Shown here one piece after another: positions 8,471-19,512 of a stretch of DNA of 27,796 bases. Made by a program: the position numbers and the translations under genes. The notes under the pieces were generated by a model. The model was given only the letters and a program-made list of their open reading frames with translations, was not told the DNA's origin and made no database searches. Within the stretch, counting starts at the first letter, position 1. Each line of letters begins with the position of its first letter. Source of the stretch: Pirellulaceae bacterium (GTDB taxonomy: Bacteria; Planctomycetota; Planctomycetia; Pirellulales; Pirellulaceae); assembly GCA_029936215.1 (NCBI GenBank), contig JAPYUD010000001.1, positions 1 to 27,796 of the forward strand, in the 5' to 3' direction.

Positions 8471-11122
8471 GTGACCATGGCAACTGTCCCGAGCCTGAAT
8501 CCGGCTGTCCTGGAAGCCCGGGAAAAACTCCAGCAGGGACGCCAGCGTCTGCGCGAGCAGCATGAGCGGGGATCCCCTGGCATCCAGGTCTGTGCCGGCC
8601 TGACAGAGTTGTACGATGAGATCATCCTGGATCTCTACCATGCCGCCCTGGCGGAACTGGCGGCGGATAACCCGCTTGAGTCCTCCCTCGCGCTGGTCGC
8701 CCATAGTGGCTACGGTCGGCGAGAGGTTGCTCCCTATTCCGATGTCGACCTGATGCTGCTCTGCGCTGCCGGCAGCGAATCCCAGGTGGCCCCACTGGCA
8801 CAGCTTTTAACCCAGTTCGTCTTTGACACTGGTCTGCAACTGGGACTCACCACACGCACCGCCCGGCAGGCCTGGGACCTGGCCTTCCGGGACACCCATA
8901 TCCTTACCTCGCTGGTGGAATCACGCCTGCTGACCGGAGAGGAAACACTTTTCCAACGTTTCATGGAAGGATTTCGCCGCCGTGCCCAAAGGCGCCATCG
9001 ATCATCCATCCTGGCAATCTCGCAGGCTCGCCGTGAGGAGCAGCAGCAATGGGGAAGCACGGTTTACCTGCTCAAGCCGAATGTCAAGAGATCGCGAGGA
9101 GGATTGCGTGACATCCAGCTGGTCCGCTGGATCGGCTTTGTCCGTTACGGGCAGCCCTCTCCCGAACAGCTGATGCGGCAGGGTCACATCTCGCGCGAGG
9201 ACCGGGAACGCCTGCACGAGGCCAGCGAGTTCCTCTTGCGACTGCGTAATGAACTCCATTTCCATGCAGGCAAGTCCCAGGACCACCTCGACAGGTCGGA
9301 ACAGGTGAGAATTGCCGAGCTGCTGGATTACCCCCAGGACGAGCACCTGCTCCCGATAGAGCATTTCATGCGAGATTACTTTCAGCACACCAGCCAGGTA
9401 CGATATATCGCCACGCATTTCCAGGCCTCCACCCGCACCGACAATCGCCTGAGAAAACTGTTTGCCCCGATCCTCAGGCGGAACATCGCGGACGGCTTCT
9501 GGATGGGGCCGGTTCACATTGGCGCGCGGCCAGAAATGCTCCCCACCCTCTGTAACGACCTGGGGGAAGTCCTGCGACTGATGGAACTGGCCAATCGCTT
9601 CAACCGCCGCATTGACCATCTCACATGGACAACCATCCGGGACTCGATGGCTGTCCAACCGGTTGCCCCCCTGACCGAGGACGTCGCCACCCATTTCCTG
9701 GACCTGCTCTCCGGGACCGCACGACTGGGCAACATCCTGCGGCGTCTGCACGAGCTGCGCGTGCTCGAGAGGATCATTCCGGCCATCACCCATGCCCGTG
9801 GATTGCTGCAGTTCAACGAATACCACAAGTACACGGTGGATGAGCATTCCCTGCGGGCAGTGGAATTTGCCACCGACTTCAGCCTGGCAAAAGGGACGCT
9901 GGGGGAAGCGTACCGGTCGTTTCAGCACAAGCGTGTGCTGCACCTGGCACTCTTGATGCATGACCTGGGAAAGGGGTACAGCGAAGATCACAGCGAGGTC
10001 GGACGCCGGATCGTGCTGGAGACAGTCGAGCACTTCCCGCTCTCGGACTGGGAGAAGGAGACGCTCGAATTCCTTGTGCACAAGCACCTGCTAATGTCTC
10101 ACACTGCCTTCCGAAAGAATGCCAACGACCCCTCGACGATCGTCGAGTTTGCCGCACAGGTCGGATCGCCCGATGTCCTGCAGGCACTCTACGTGCTCAC
10201 CTGTGCCGACCTGGCAGCGGTGGGCCCGGATGTGCTGAACGACTGGAAATCGGACCTGCTTGCGGAATTTTACCTGCGAACACGGCAACAGCTGACGGGG
10301 GAAAAGGAATCCTTCCAGTCCGATGAATGGGCAATCCGCAAGCGAGAGCAGATCCTGCAGCTCGCCAGGCGGGAGGCCAACCAGCCCTGGTGGGAGAGGA
10401 TCGTCAAGGCAACCCCCAATGACCTGCTGGCCAGCCAGAGTTCGCCAGACCTTTTCGCGGACCTTCGCCACCTCTCACGGCTCACGGAGGGTGAATCCTC
10501 CCTCTGGTCCCGCTATGTTCCGGAACGCAACGCCGTCCAGTACATCGTCGGTGCGCACGAAAGTAGCATGGGCGGGATGTTCCACCGGCTGACAGGGGTG
10601 CTCAGCAACCACCGCAACCAGATCCTGGCCGCTGAAATCCACCGGCTGGATGATGGAATCGTACTGGACCGTTTCTTTGTCCAGGACATGGATTACTCGG
10701 CGATTCCCCCAGCCAGCCGACGACGACAGGTCGAGGAGGCCATGCAGCAGGCGATCTCCAACCCGGAACAGGAGATCCCGGCTTTCAAGCCTCTCTGGCA
10801 ACCTTCCCCGGGCCCCCGGGCGCATGACTTCAACCCGCTCCCCACCCGCGTCTCGGCGGATAACGTGACGGCGGAAAAATATACGATCCTAACAATCTTT
10901 GCCTACGACAGGATGGGTCTGCTGCTGCTGATCACTCACATGCTTTACGAGCTGGAACTGGAAGTCCACCTGGCAAAAATCGCCACCCACCTGGACCAGG
11001 TGGTCGACGTCTTTTATGTCACCGATCGGCAGGGTGAGAAGATCGAACAGGAGGATCGCCTGAAGTTGATCCGGGAAACGGTCAAGCAGGCGATCCTGGA
11101 AAGCGATAGCCCCACGGCGTGA
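8471..11122 (+). CDS. glnD: [Protein-PII] uridylyltransferase / uridylyl-removing enzyme
   Basis: NTase motif GYGRREVAPYSDVDL, PNVKRSRGGLRD, HKYTVDEHS, HD motif LLMHDLGKG, and two C-terminal ACT-like domains (DRMGLL..IT, DVFYV). Start is GTG 8471 or ATG 8477. Confidence 0.95.
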   Translation: MTMATVPSLNPAVLEAREKLQQGRQRLREQHERGSPGIQVCAGLTELYDEIILDLYHAALAELAADNPLESSLALVAHSGYGRREVAPYSDVDLMLLCAAGSESQVAPLAQLLTQFVFDTGLQLGLTTRTARQAWDLAFRDTHILTSLVESRLLTGEETLFQRFMEGFRRRAQRRHRSSILAISQARREEQQQWGSTVYLLKPNVKRSRGGLRDIQLVRWIGFVRYGQPSPEQLMRQGHISREDRERLHEASEFLLRLRNELHFHAGKSQDHLDRSEQVRIAELLDYPQDEHLLPIEHFMRDYFQHTSQVRYIATHFQASTRTDNRLRKLFAPILRRNIADGFWMGPVHIGARPEMLPTLCNDLGEVLRLMELANRFNRRIDHLTWTTIRDSMAVQPVAPLTEDVATHFLDLLSGTARLGNILRRLHELRVLERIIPAITHARGLLQFNEYHKYTVDEHSLRAVEFATDFSLAKGTLGEAYRSFQHKRVLHLALLMHDLGKGYSEDHSEVGRRIVLETVEHFPLSDWEKETLEFLVHKHLLMSHTAFRKNANDPSTIVEFAAQVGSPDVLQALYVLTCADLAAVGPDVLNDWKSDLLAEFYLRTRQQLTGEKESFQSDEWAIRKREQILQLARREANQPWWERIVKATPNDLLASQSSPDLFADLRHLSRLTEGESSLWSRYVPERNAVQYIVGAHESSMGGMFHRLTGVLSNHRNQILAAEIHRLDDGIVLDRFFVQDMDYSAIPPASRRRQVEEAMQQAISNPEQEIPAFKPLWQPSPGPRAHDFNPLPTRVSADNVTAEKYTILTIFAYDRMGLLLLITHMLYELELEVHLAKIATHLDQVVDVFYVTDRQGEKIEQEDRLKLIRETVKQAILESDSPTA

Positions 11123-11141
11123 TCCTTCCCGCGCCGGTGGC

Positions 11142-11147
11142 TATAAT
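11142..11147 (+). promoter_or_regulatory. -10 element (TATAAT) for the cyclophilin/esterase genes
   Basis: Perfect hexamer in the short glnD-cyclophilin gap. AGGAG SD at 11178-11182 precedes ATG 11192. Confidence 0.5.
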
Positions 11148-11191
11148 ACGACGATCTTCCGATTCCTTGAACACGCCAGGAGAAATATCCC

Positions 11192-11812
11192 ATGCACCGT
11201 ATCTCCCAGATCTTCTGCCTTTCACTGCTCGCGCTGGCCACCCTGCTGATCCCCGGTTCGATGACGGTCGCGGAAGAGGAGACAGAAAAAGCACCGGAGG
11301 AGTTCAAGGTCAAGTTCGAGACCTCCTGTGGGACCTTTACCCTGGAAGTGCATCGCAAGTACGCACCGCTGGGAGTGGACCAGTTCCACAAGGCAATCAA
11401 GGAGGGTTTTTATGACGAGTGCCGCTTCTTCCGTGTGGTCCCTGATTTCGTTGTCCAGTTCGGCATCAATGGCGATCCCAAGGTGCATAAAAAATGGCGT
11501 GACAGCCCGATCAAGGATGACCCGGTCACGGCCAGTAACGTGCGGGGCTCGGTCTGCTACGCCACGGCCGGAGCGAATACCCGGACCACGCAGCTGTTTA
11601 TCAACCTGGGAGACAATAGCCGCCTGGACAAGATGGGCTTTGCCCCCTTCGGCAAGGTGACCGAGGGAATAGAGGTGGTCGACAAGATCACCAGCCAGTA
11701 CGGGCAGAGACCGAACCAGGGCCTGATCCAGTCGCGAGGGAACGCGTACCTCAAGGAGGACTTCCCCAAGCTGGACTACATCAAAAAGGCAACGGTCATC
11801 GCGGCCGAGTAA
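11192..11812 (+). CDS. Exported cyclophilin-type peptidyl-prolyl cis-trans isomerase
   Basis: APLGVDQF, GFYD..RFFRVVPDFVVQFG, TTQLFINL and GFAPFGKVTEGIEVVDKI motifs; signal peptide. Confidence 0.92.
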   Translation: MHRISQIFCLSLLALATLLIPGSMTVAEEETEKAPEEFKVKFETSCGTFTLEVHRKYAPLGVDQFHKAIKEGFYDECRFFRVVPDFVVQFGINGDPKVHKKWRDSPIKDDPVTASNVRGSVCYATAGANTRTTQLFINLGDNSRLDKMGFAPFGKVTEGIEVVDKITSQYGQRPNQGLIQSRGNAYLKEDFPKLDYIKKATVIAAE

Positions 11813-11863
11813 TCTATCCCCCTGCCCCCCAGGCTGAGCAGGAACCTGACAAGGAGACCCCTG

Positions 11864-13420
11864 ATGAAGAACTTTGCGCCTGCCCTGATGATGGCCTGTT
11901 TCCTGGCCTCCCCTGCCCAGGCCGAGATCACTCTCTCCAACCTTTTCACCGACCAGATGGTTCTCCAGCAGGGCAAGCCGGTTGTTGTCTGGGGGAATGC
12001 GGAGAAGGGGGAAGAGGTCTTGATCTCGGTTGCCGGCAATTCCGTTTCTACCACGGCCGACAACGACGGTCATTTCAAGGCCAGCCTGCCGGCCTTGAAG
12101 GCCAACAGCGGCCCCCACCAGCTGGTGCTGGAAGGTACGAACAAGATCACTATCAACGATGTGCTGGTGGGAGAGGTCTGGATCTGCTCGGGCCAATCCA
12201 ACATGGCATTTTCAGTGAACTCGGCAAACGACCCGGACCTGGAGTCCCTGGCAGCGAAATATCCCCGTATACGGATCCTCTCGGTTCCCCAGGTTGGCAG
12301 CCAGCAACCCCAGGACAACTTCCAGGGTGCCTGGGAAGCAGTAACCCCCGAGAGCGTGCGAAACTTCTCAGCGGTCGGTTATTTCTTTGGACGCCAGCTG
12401 CACCAGGTGCTGGATGTGCCGATCGGACTGATTGACAACGCCTGGGGAGGCTCGGCCTGCGAGGCCTGGATCCCCCGTCCCGTCCTGGAAGAAACCGGGC
12501 AGTACAGTGAACTGCTGGAAAAATGGGATACCCTGGCAGCCAGCTATGACCACGAGGCGGCAGTGGAAAAATACCAGGTGCAACTCACGGCGTGGCAGGC
12601 CAGGGCGAAAGAAGCCCGTGATGCCGGCAAGGCCGTTCCCCGGCGGCCCCGCCCACCCCGTAACCAGCTGACTGGCCAGCACCGGCCCGCCAACCTCTAC
12701 AACGGCGTTTTAAACCCGGTTATCGGCTATGGCATCCGGGGAGCCATCTGGTACCAGGGGGAATCCAATTCCGGCCGGGCCTTCCAATATCGCGACCTGT
12801 TTCCCCTGATGATTGATACCTGGCGGAAGAAGTGGGGCCAGGATGATTTTAGCTTTTACTGGGTTTCCCTGGCGGACTTCCAGGATGAAGTGAGCGAACC
12901 TGTTGGCAGTAACTGGGCAGAACTGCGTGAAGCCCAGACGCTGACCATGAGCACGCTGCCAAATACCGGTGAAGCAATCATCACCGACCTGGGCGAGTCA
13001 CATGATATTCACCCGCGAAACAAGCAGGATGTTGCCAAGCGTCTTGTTCGCTGGGCACTGGCCAGGGACTACGGTTACGACATCGTCTACCGCAGCCCAC
13101 TCTACAAGTCCCATCAGATCAAGGGGAACCGGGTCCTTGTCACCTTTGACCATGTCGGCGGTGGGCTCGATACCCACGACGTTCGCCAGGTGCTGGGATT
13201 TGCTATTGCCGGGGAGGACCAGAAGTTCGTCAATGCCGAGGCCCGGATCGTCGGTAACAACCAGGTCGAGATCTGGAGTGATGACATCGAGGCGCCTGTC
13301 GCCGTTCGTTATGCCTGGGCGCAGAACCCTGTCTGTAACCTGCAGAACCGGGAACACCTGCCAGCCACCCCCTTTCGCACCGATCACTGGAAAGGTGTGA
13401 CCGAGGGAGTCGTCAAGTAA
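11864..13420 (+). CDS. Sialate O-acetylesterase (SASA/SGNH) family protein, exported
   Basis: [42 protein letters not shown] and P.AVRYAW motifs; signal peptide; AGGAG SD. Confidence 0.92.
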   Translation: MKNFAPALMMACFLASPAQAEITLSNLFTDQMVLQQGKPVVVWGNAEKGEEVLISVAGNSVSTTADNDGHFKASLPALKANSGPHQLVLEGTNKITINDVLVGEVWICSGQSNMAFSVNSANDPDLESLAAKYPRIRILSVPQVGSQQPQDNFQGAWEAVTPESVRNFSAVGYFFGRQLHQVLDVPIGLIDNAWGGSACEAWIPRPVLEETGQYSELLEKWDTLAASYDHEAAVEKYQVQLTAWQARAKEARDAGKAVPRRPRPPRNQLTGQHRPANLYNGVLNPVIGYGIRGAIWYQGESNSGRAFQYRDLFPLMIDTWRKKWGQDDFSFYWVSLADFQDEVSEPVGSNWAELREAQTLTMSTLPNTGEAIITDLGESHDIHPRNKQDVAKRLVRWALARDYGYDIVYRSPLYKSHQIKGNRVLVTFDHVGGGLDTHDVRQVLGFAIAGEDQKFVNAEARIVGNNQVEIWSDDIEAPVAVRYAWAQNPVCNLQNREHLPATPFRTDHWKGVTEGVVK

Positions 13421-13440
13421 GCGGACCCCGCAGTTTCCTC

Positions 13441-15153
13441 CTAGCGAGGGCCTGCTGCCTTGCCAGGCACGCGTGGATCGTGGGCTCCGTGAAATTCGCC
13501 GGTCTCGGGATCCCGCTTGATCGCCTGCGTTGTACCGACGGACCGCGACCTGGAAATCGTATGGCCACGACTTTCCAGATCAGCCACCACTGGCCCTGGC
13601 AGCGACGATTCCACGTACAGCCGATCGGGGCGCCACTGGTGATGAAACCGCTCAAATTCCATCTGCTCCTCGAGCGACATCTCCAGGTCAATATGGCAGA
13701 TGATCCCCAGCAGCACCTGGGTAATGATCTTCGGACCCCCGGCTGCCCCGAGAGTAAGCACTGGTTCACCCCGCCGCAGCACGACCGTGGGACTCATGCT
13801 CGAGAGCGGCCGCTTTCCCGGAGCAATGCTGTTGGCCTCGCCACCGAGGAGTCCAAAGGCATTGGGAATCCCCGGCGCGATGGAAAAATCGTCCATCTCG
13901 TTGTTCATTACCACGCCGGTTCCCGGGATAACCACCTTGGAACCAAAAGTTGTATTGACCGTCTGCGTCATGGCCACCCAGTTCCCCTCGCTGTCAGCAA
14001 CAGCAACATGCGTGGTGTGCTTTTCCACCGGGCTACCAAAGAGGTCACTATCGGCCCGCGGCGGCAGGTGGTGCCCTTCGAGCGGTGTCACCTGCAGCGG
14101 GTTAATCTTGCGGGAGAGCAGGCGAGCATAGCGGCGGTCGATCAGTCCGCGGGGGACAGGGACAAAGTCGGCGTCCCCGAGCCAGTGGGCACGGTCGGCA
14201 AAAGCGAGCTTCATCGCCTCGGCCACCACGTGGGTAAATCGCGCCCGATCCTCATGGTAGAGACGACCCAGGTCAAACGATTCGAGGATATTCAGGATTT
14301 GCGCCACGTGGATTCCCCCGGAACTGGGAGAGGGAAATCCCACGATCGTGTGCCCCCGGTAGCGGCTCACGATCGGCTCTCGCAACCCCGGACGGTAGCT
14401 GGCCAGGTCACCACGAGTCAGGATACCCCCGTTCTGTTTCATCCAAACGTGACAGGCCTCGGCAAAGGGCCCCTGGTAAAACGCACGGCTCCCTCCCTCG
14501 GCAACCTGGCGGTAAGTAGCTGCCAGGTCCGGCTGCTTTAAAACCGTTCCTTGTGCATGGGGCCTGCCGTTCTCATCCAGCAGGGCGGCCCGGGAACCTT
14601 CAAAACTGGCCAGTGTCCTGGCGACCGAGGCAAGCTTGCGGGCGTAGACGGCATCGACCACGAAACCGTCGGCCGCCACGCGAGCGGCCGGCATCACCAG
14701 TTCACTCCAGGCGGTCCGTCCGTGGTCCGAAATGGCCCGTTCGTAGGCAGCGAGGGCTCCTGGAACACCGCTGGCCAGCGCCCCTGTCCTGCTCCATTGG
14801 CCCTGGGGCTTTCCCTCCTCCAGGTACATGTCCCGGTGCGCCATGGCAGGTGCCATTTCTCGCCCGTCAATCGCAAACAGCTGGCCATCGGCACGGCGAA
14901 TGAGGATAAAGCAGCCTCCACCGATCCCGGAGTTATGGTTATCCACCACCCCCAGCATCAGGCCTGCTGCGATGGCCGCGTCGATCGCATTGCCACCTTT
15001 CTCCAGTACGGCAACACCGGCGTCGGTCGCCAGCGGGTGGACCGTTGCCACCATCCCCTTCTCTGCCCGGGCGGTTTCTGCATCGGCCGAAGCGATCGGC
15101 ATGCTGGCAAGAAGCAGGCAACAGGTGGCCAGCAGCAGGCAGCTCTTTTTCAT
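13441..15153 (-). CDS. ggt: Gamma-glutamyltransferase, exported
   Basis: GGNAIDAA, SGIGGG, IDGRE, PSPSSGG, catalytic HTTH, NNEMDDF, RPLSSMSP and GAAGG motifs; signal peptide. Confidence 0.96.
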   Translation of the reverse strand: MKKSCLLLATCCLLLASMPIASADAETARAEKGMVATVHPLATDAGVAVLEKGGNAIDAAIAAGLMLGVVDNHNSGIGGGCFILIRRADGQLFAIDGREMAPAMAHRDMYLEEGKPQGQWSRTGALASGVPGALAAYERAISDHGRTAWSELVMPAARVAADGFVVDAVYARKLASVARTLASFEGSRAALLDENGRPHAQGTVLKQPDLAATYRQVAEGGSRAFYQGPFAEACHVWMKQNGGILTRGDLASYRPGLREPIVSRYRGHTIVGFPSPSSGGIHVAQILNILESFDLGRLYHEDRARFTHVVAEAMKLAFADRAHWLGDADFVPVPRGLIDRRYARLLSRKINPLQVTPLEGHHLPPRADSDLFGSPVEKHTTHVAVADSEGNWVAMTQTVNTTFGSKVVIPGTGVVMNNEMDDFSIAPGIPNAFGLLGGEANSIAPGKRPLSSMSPTVVLRRGEPVLTLGAAGGPKIITQVLLGIICHIDLEMSLEEQMEFERFHHQWRPDRLYVESSLPGPVVADLESRGHTISRSRSVGTTQAIKRDPETGEFHGAHDPRVPGKAAGPR

Positions 15154-15210
15154 GGCAATGTCCTCTTCTCCAGAAAATGTCAGCCGGACTCCAGGCCCGT
15201 TAACACTGTG

Positions 15211-16095
15211 TTACCGTGCTGCAAGCGCGACCTGCAAACCATCTGTTTCTTTCCACGTCCGACGTGTCTGGCAGCCAGGGCAGAAAAAGGTCGACCGCTG
15301 GGCCTGCACAATTCGCTGCACCTGTTTCCCCTCACAGCGCAGGCACGCTTCTCCATCCCGGTCATAGACCTGGTGCCGGGCCTGGTAGCTACCCGGATTA
15401 TTCAAGGCATTCCGGTAACTGCCATCGGAGAGCGTGGAACCCTCGTGCCTGATTGCATCCTCCAGCACCTCTCTCATCGCCTGGTGAATCCGCTCCCACT
15501 GCAGCCGGCCAAGAAGATCACAACGGGCCGCCGGGTGGACGTGTGCCAGGTGCAGGATCTCGCTGGCATAGATATTCCCGATACCCGCCACCACCTTCTG
15601 GTCCAAGAGTGCCACCTTGATTGCCCGGCGGCTTCGTCGCAGCCGCTGACGCAACTCGTCACACTCGATCGAGAGTGCATCGGGGCCAATTCGGTCCGGT
15701 CCCAGTCGCACGGCCAGTTCGTCAAGACGCATCAGCTGCACTGTTCCCAGCCCTCGCCGATCCCAGAAGTAGATCTTGTCCAGGTCCCCGCCCGCCAGGT
15801 CAATCCGCACGCGCAGGTGTTCCTGGCTGGGGACGTTTCCCACGCTCAGCATGCCCGTCATGCGAGGCTCAAAGACCAGTACCTGCCGAGCGTCCAGTTC
15901 CAGCAGGATACGCTTGCCGAGGCGATCGACCGAGGTCACCACCGAGCCGGCAACCCGACGGCGCACTTGCCTGACCGAAGGAGTCACCTGGATCGGCTTG
16001 AGCGGGAGAGTAAAAAAGTGAATATCGCTGATCGTGGCACCCAGGCAGGGTAGAATTCCACGCCTCATCGTTTCTACTTCTGGAAGTTCTGGCAT
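15211..16095 (-). CDS. mutM: Formamidopyrimidine-DNA glycosylase / AP lyase
   Basis: N-terminal PELPEVE, R.GK, H2TH motif LLDQKVVAGIGNIYASE, zinc finger CLRC...RSTFFCPGC. Confidence 0.95.
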   Translation of the reverse strand: MPELPEVETMRRGILPCLGATISDIHFFTLPLKPIQVTPSVRQVRRRVAGSVVTSVDRLGKRILLELDARQVLVFEPRMTGMLSVGNVPSQEHLRVRIDLAGGDLDKIYFWDRRGLGTVQLMRLDELAVRLGPDRIGPDALSIECDELRQRLRRSRRAIKVALLDQKVVAGIGNIYASEILHLAHVHPAARCDLLGRLQWERIHQAMREVLEDAIRHEGSTLSDGSYRNALNNPGSYQARHQVYDRDGEACLRCEGKQVQRIVQAQRSTFFCPGCQTRRTWKETDGLQVALAAR

Positions 16096-16204
16096 CGCGA
16101 TTTCCCATTTTCCCGGACAGGCTGCGGCTCAATCATGCCGCACAGGCAAGGGCCAATCAACTGCCCCGGTACTTTTCCTGCCCCCTCCCCTCCCACGCTA
16201 TCCC

Positions 16205-16233
16205 TTGACCGTCCCGGCAGGTCGGCAGAGAAT
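16205..16233 (+). promoter_or_regulatory. Possible trpBA promoter TTGACC-N17-GAGAAT
   Basis: Spacing is right, but the -10 hexamer starts with G instead of the conserved T. Confidence 0.3.
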
Positions 16234-16277
16234 CGAATTTCTGGCCACGTCAACTATTTCACTCCCCATTGCCGCCA

Positions 16278-17488
<1,211 letters not shown>

Positions 17489-17489
<1 letters not shown>

Positions 17490-18286
17490 TGTCCCGGATC
17501 GATACTGTTTTTGAGCAACTCCGATCGGAGGGTCGCAAGGCCTTGATGCCTTTCGTCACGGCCGGGGATCCCGACCTGGATTTCACCGGCGATGCAATTT
17601 CGACACTTGCCTCCCATGGAGCATCCCTGCTGGAAATTGGCTTCCCCTATAGCGACCCGATTGCGGATGGACCAGTCATCCAGGCGTCCTACACTCGCGC
17701 ACTCGAGGGAGGCCTGCAACTTCCACAGATTTTCGCTGCGGCTCGTCACTGGTCGGACCAGGTGACAACTCCGATGGCCGCCATGGTCAGCTATTCCATC
17801 GTCTATCGGCAGGGACTGGAACAGTTCGTCAGCCTGGCCCGCGAGGCAGGTTTCAGCGGGATGATTGTCCCGGACCTTCTGGTCGAAGAAGCAACCCCGC
17901 TCAGGGAGATCTGCCAGCGCGAGGAGATGAGCCTGATCCAGCTCGTCACACCTACCACTTCCCGCGACCGGGCATTACGGATCGCGGAGTCCTCCAGCGG
18001 TTTCCTCTACTATGTATCGGTGACCGGGATCACCGGGGAACGGGACCAGCTCCCGGTCGACCTGACCGACCAGGTTGGTTGGTTACGGGAGCAGACCGAG
18101 TTACCAATCTGCATTGGCTTTGGCATCAGTAAGCCGGAACATGTCGAGCATCTGGCACCGGTCGCGGACGGGGTGATCGTCGGTTCGGCGATTGTCCGCA
18201 AGATCGCCACAGTGGGAGAGATGCCACGTGAGCAGGTTCTGTCCGAGATTGGCGAATTTGCAGATCAGCTTGGTAGTGCACTCTAA
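17489..18286 (+). CDS. trpA: Tryptophan synthase alpha chain
   Basis: TAGDP, LEIGFPYSDPIADGPVIQ, VPDL, YVS..GITG, GFGIS, ADGVIVGSA. The ATG overlaps the trpB stop (TGATG). Confidence 0.98.
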
Positions 18287-18310
18287 AAGCCTCTCCCGGG
18301 ACCGTTTCCC

Positions 18311-18340
18311 TTGACCTCCGTGCGCCTCTCTCGGTACAGT
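18311..18340 (+). promoter_or_regulatory. Possible promoter TTGACC-N18-TACAGT for the hypothetical gene at 18382
   Basis: Near-consensus hexamers in the trpA-hypothetical gap; AGGGAG SD at 18367-18372. Confidence 0.35.
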
Positions 18341-18381
18341 TACCGGGGTTGGTCCGATCGCCTGTCAGGGAGCCTCTGCTC

Positions 18382-18885
18382 ATGAAACCTGCGCGGCCAA
18401 GTGGTTCTCTTCGCCACTACATCAGTGGCCTGTCTGAGCATGTTTTCCAGACCTGCCTGGGAATCGCCGACCCCTCCGTGGCCGACTATATCAGTGACCT
18501 GTTGATCCGATTCACCCGCCTTGACCAGCTCCAGGAGGCCAGTTCCGGGAGTGAGAAATCGCTCCACACCCTGGAGGAATTACTCAGGGAAGCTTGCCAG
18601 CGAGAAGATCAGCAGCGTCGGAAACTGCATCGACATATCGGGGATGTGGCGCTTTTCTGGGTGGGTGTTTTCCCGGAGTCTCTCCGACGAGGACGCCAGC
18701 AGCAGCAACTGGAACACTACCGGGACTGCGGCAAACGTGCCTACCTGGTCGCCAGCAGGATCCAGAGTGACGATGTTCCCGGGGAATTACTGGCACGTCT
18801 CGGCAACGACTTTGACACCTGTGTCAGTGGACTTCACCAGATCCGTTCCCACTGGAAAGCCCCCCCGGAGTTGCCGCAGCCCTAG
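18382..18885 (+). CDS. Conserved hypothetical alpha-helical protein, 167 aa
   Basis: SD plus ATG 18382. Amphipathic helical pattern (ADYISDLLIRF, HRHIGDVALFWVGVFPE, GKRAY). No named function. Confidence 0.75.
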   Translation: MKPARPSGSLRHYISGLSEHVFQTCLGIADPSVADYISDLLIRFTRLDQLQEASSGSEKSLHTLEELLREACQREDQQRRKLHRHIGDVALFWVGVFPESLRRGRQQQQLEHYRDCGKRAYLVASRIQSDDVPGELLARLGNDFDTCVSGLHQIRSHWKAPPELPQP

Positions 18886-19487
18886 TCACCGCCCGAATCC
18901 TGGTGGTACTGCTGGTAATCCTGGGGAGTATCGATGTCGACCAGCGACCCCTGGTGGTTGCTATCAACCCGTGCCGAGGGGAGTCGATCCCAGAGCTTGT
19001 TGATCCCCTCGTCCTCATTCAGCCGTCTGAGTTCCCCGGCCAGTTGCCAGGGAATCAAGAGGGGATGGCCGTGCTGGCCATCCACCAGGGGTGCCAGCAG
19101 GCGGGGGTCTGCCGGCTGATGAGCATCGAGCACCAGGTCAATCAGCGGCGCGGATAACCCGGGCATGTCAGCGGGTGCCAGCAGCAGGCAGTCAGTCTCC
19201 TCGGGCTGGTAACAGCGACCGATATAATTCATTGCATAAAGTACGGATGTCTTCATGTCAGCGGGTGGTTGTTCCGGCACCACCACCTCGACCGGGTGCT
19301 TGAGGCATTGCTGTTGCAGTTGAGGATTGTCCGCTCGCACGGTAATCACCACCTGCTCGACGCGACTGGCAACCCAGGCCTCGAGCGTTGCATCGATGAT
19401 CAGGCCATCTTTCCAGGGCAACAACAGTTTGGGCTGCCCCATCCGGCGACTTTCACCGGCGGCTGGAATAATCGCGTAAGCTGTCAC
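18882..19487 (-). CDS. MocA-like molybdenum cofactor cytidylyltransferase (NTP_transf_3 family)
   Basis: IIPAAGESRRMGQPKLLL, PADMP, GHP.LI and DIDTPQDY motifs; lies directly downstream of xdhC. GTG start. Confidence 0.85.
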   Translation of the reverse strand: MTAYAIIPAAGESRRMGQPKLLLPWKDGLIIDATLEAWVASRVEQVVITVRADNPQLQQQCLKHPVEVVVPEQPPADMKTSVLYAMNYIGRCYQPEETDCLLLAPADMPGLSAPLIDLVLDAHQPADPRLLAPLVDGQHGHPLLIPWQLAGELRRLNEDEGINKLWDRLPSARVDSNHQGSLVDIDTPQDYQQYHQDSGGD

Positions 19488-19512
19488 TCCACTTCTCCCT
19501 GCAAGCAGTCAG

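Noticed and set aside
13480-16053. Very long + strand ORFs (353 aa and 500 aa) antisense to ggt and mutM
   Set aside because: They are in exact codon register with the minus-strand genes. Antisense stops require TTA, CTA or TCA sense codons, which are rare in GC-rich genes. The translations have no motifs.
16096-16277. Search for a Trp leader peptide or T-box upstream of trpB
   Set aside because: No short ORF with tandem Trp codons, no T-box consensus and no terminator hairpin was found.
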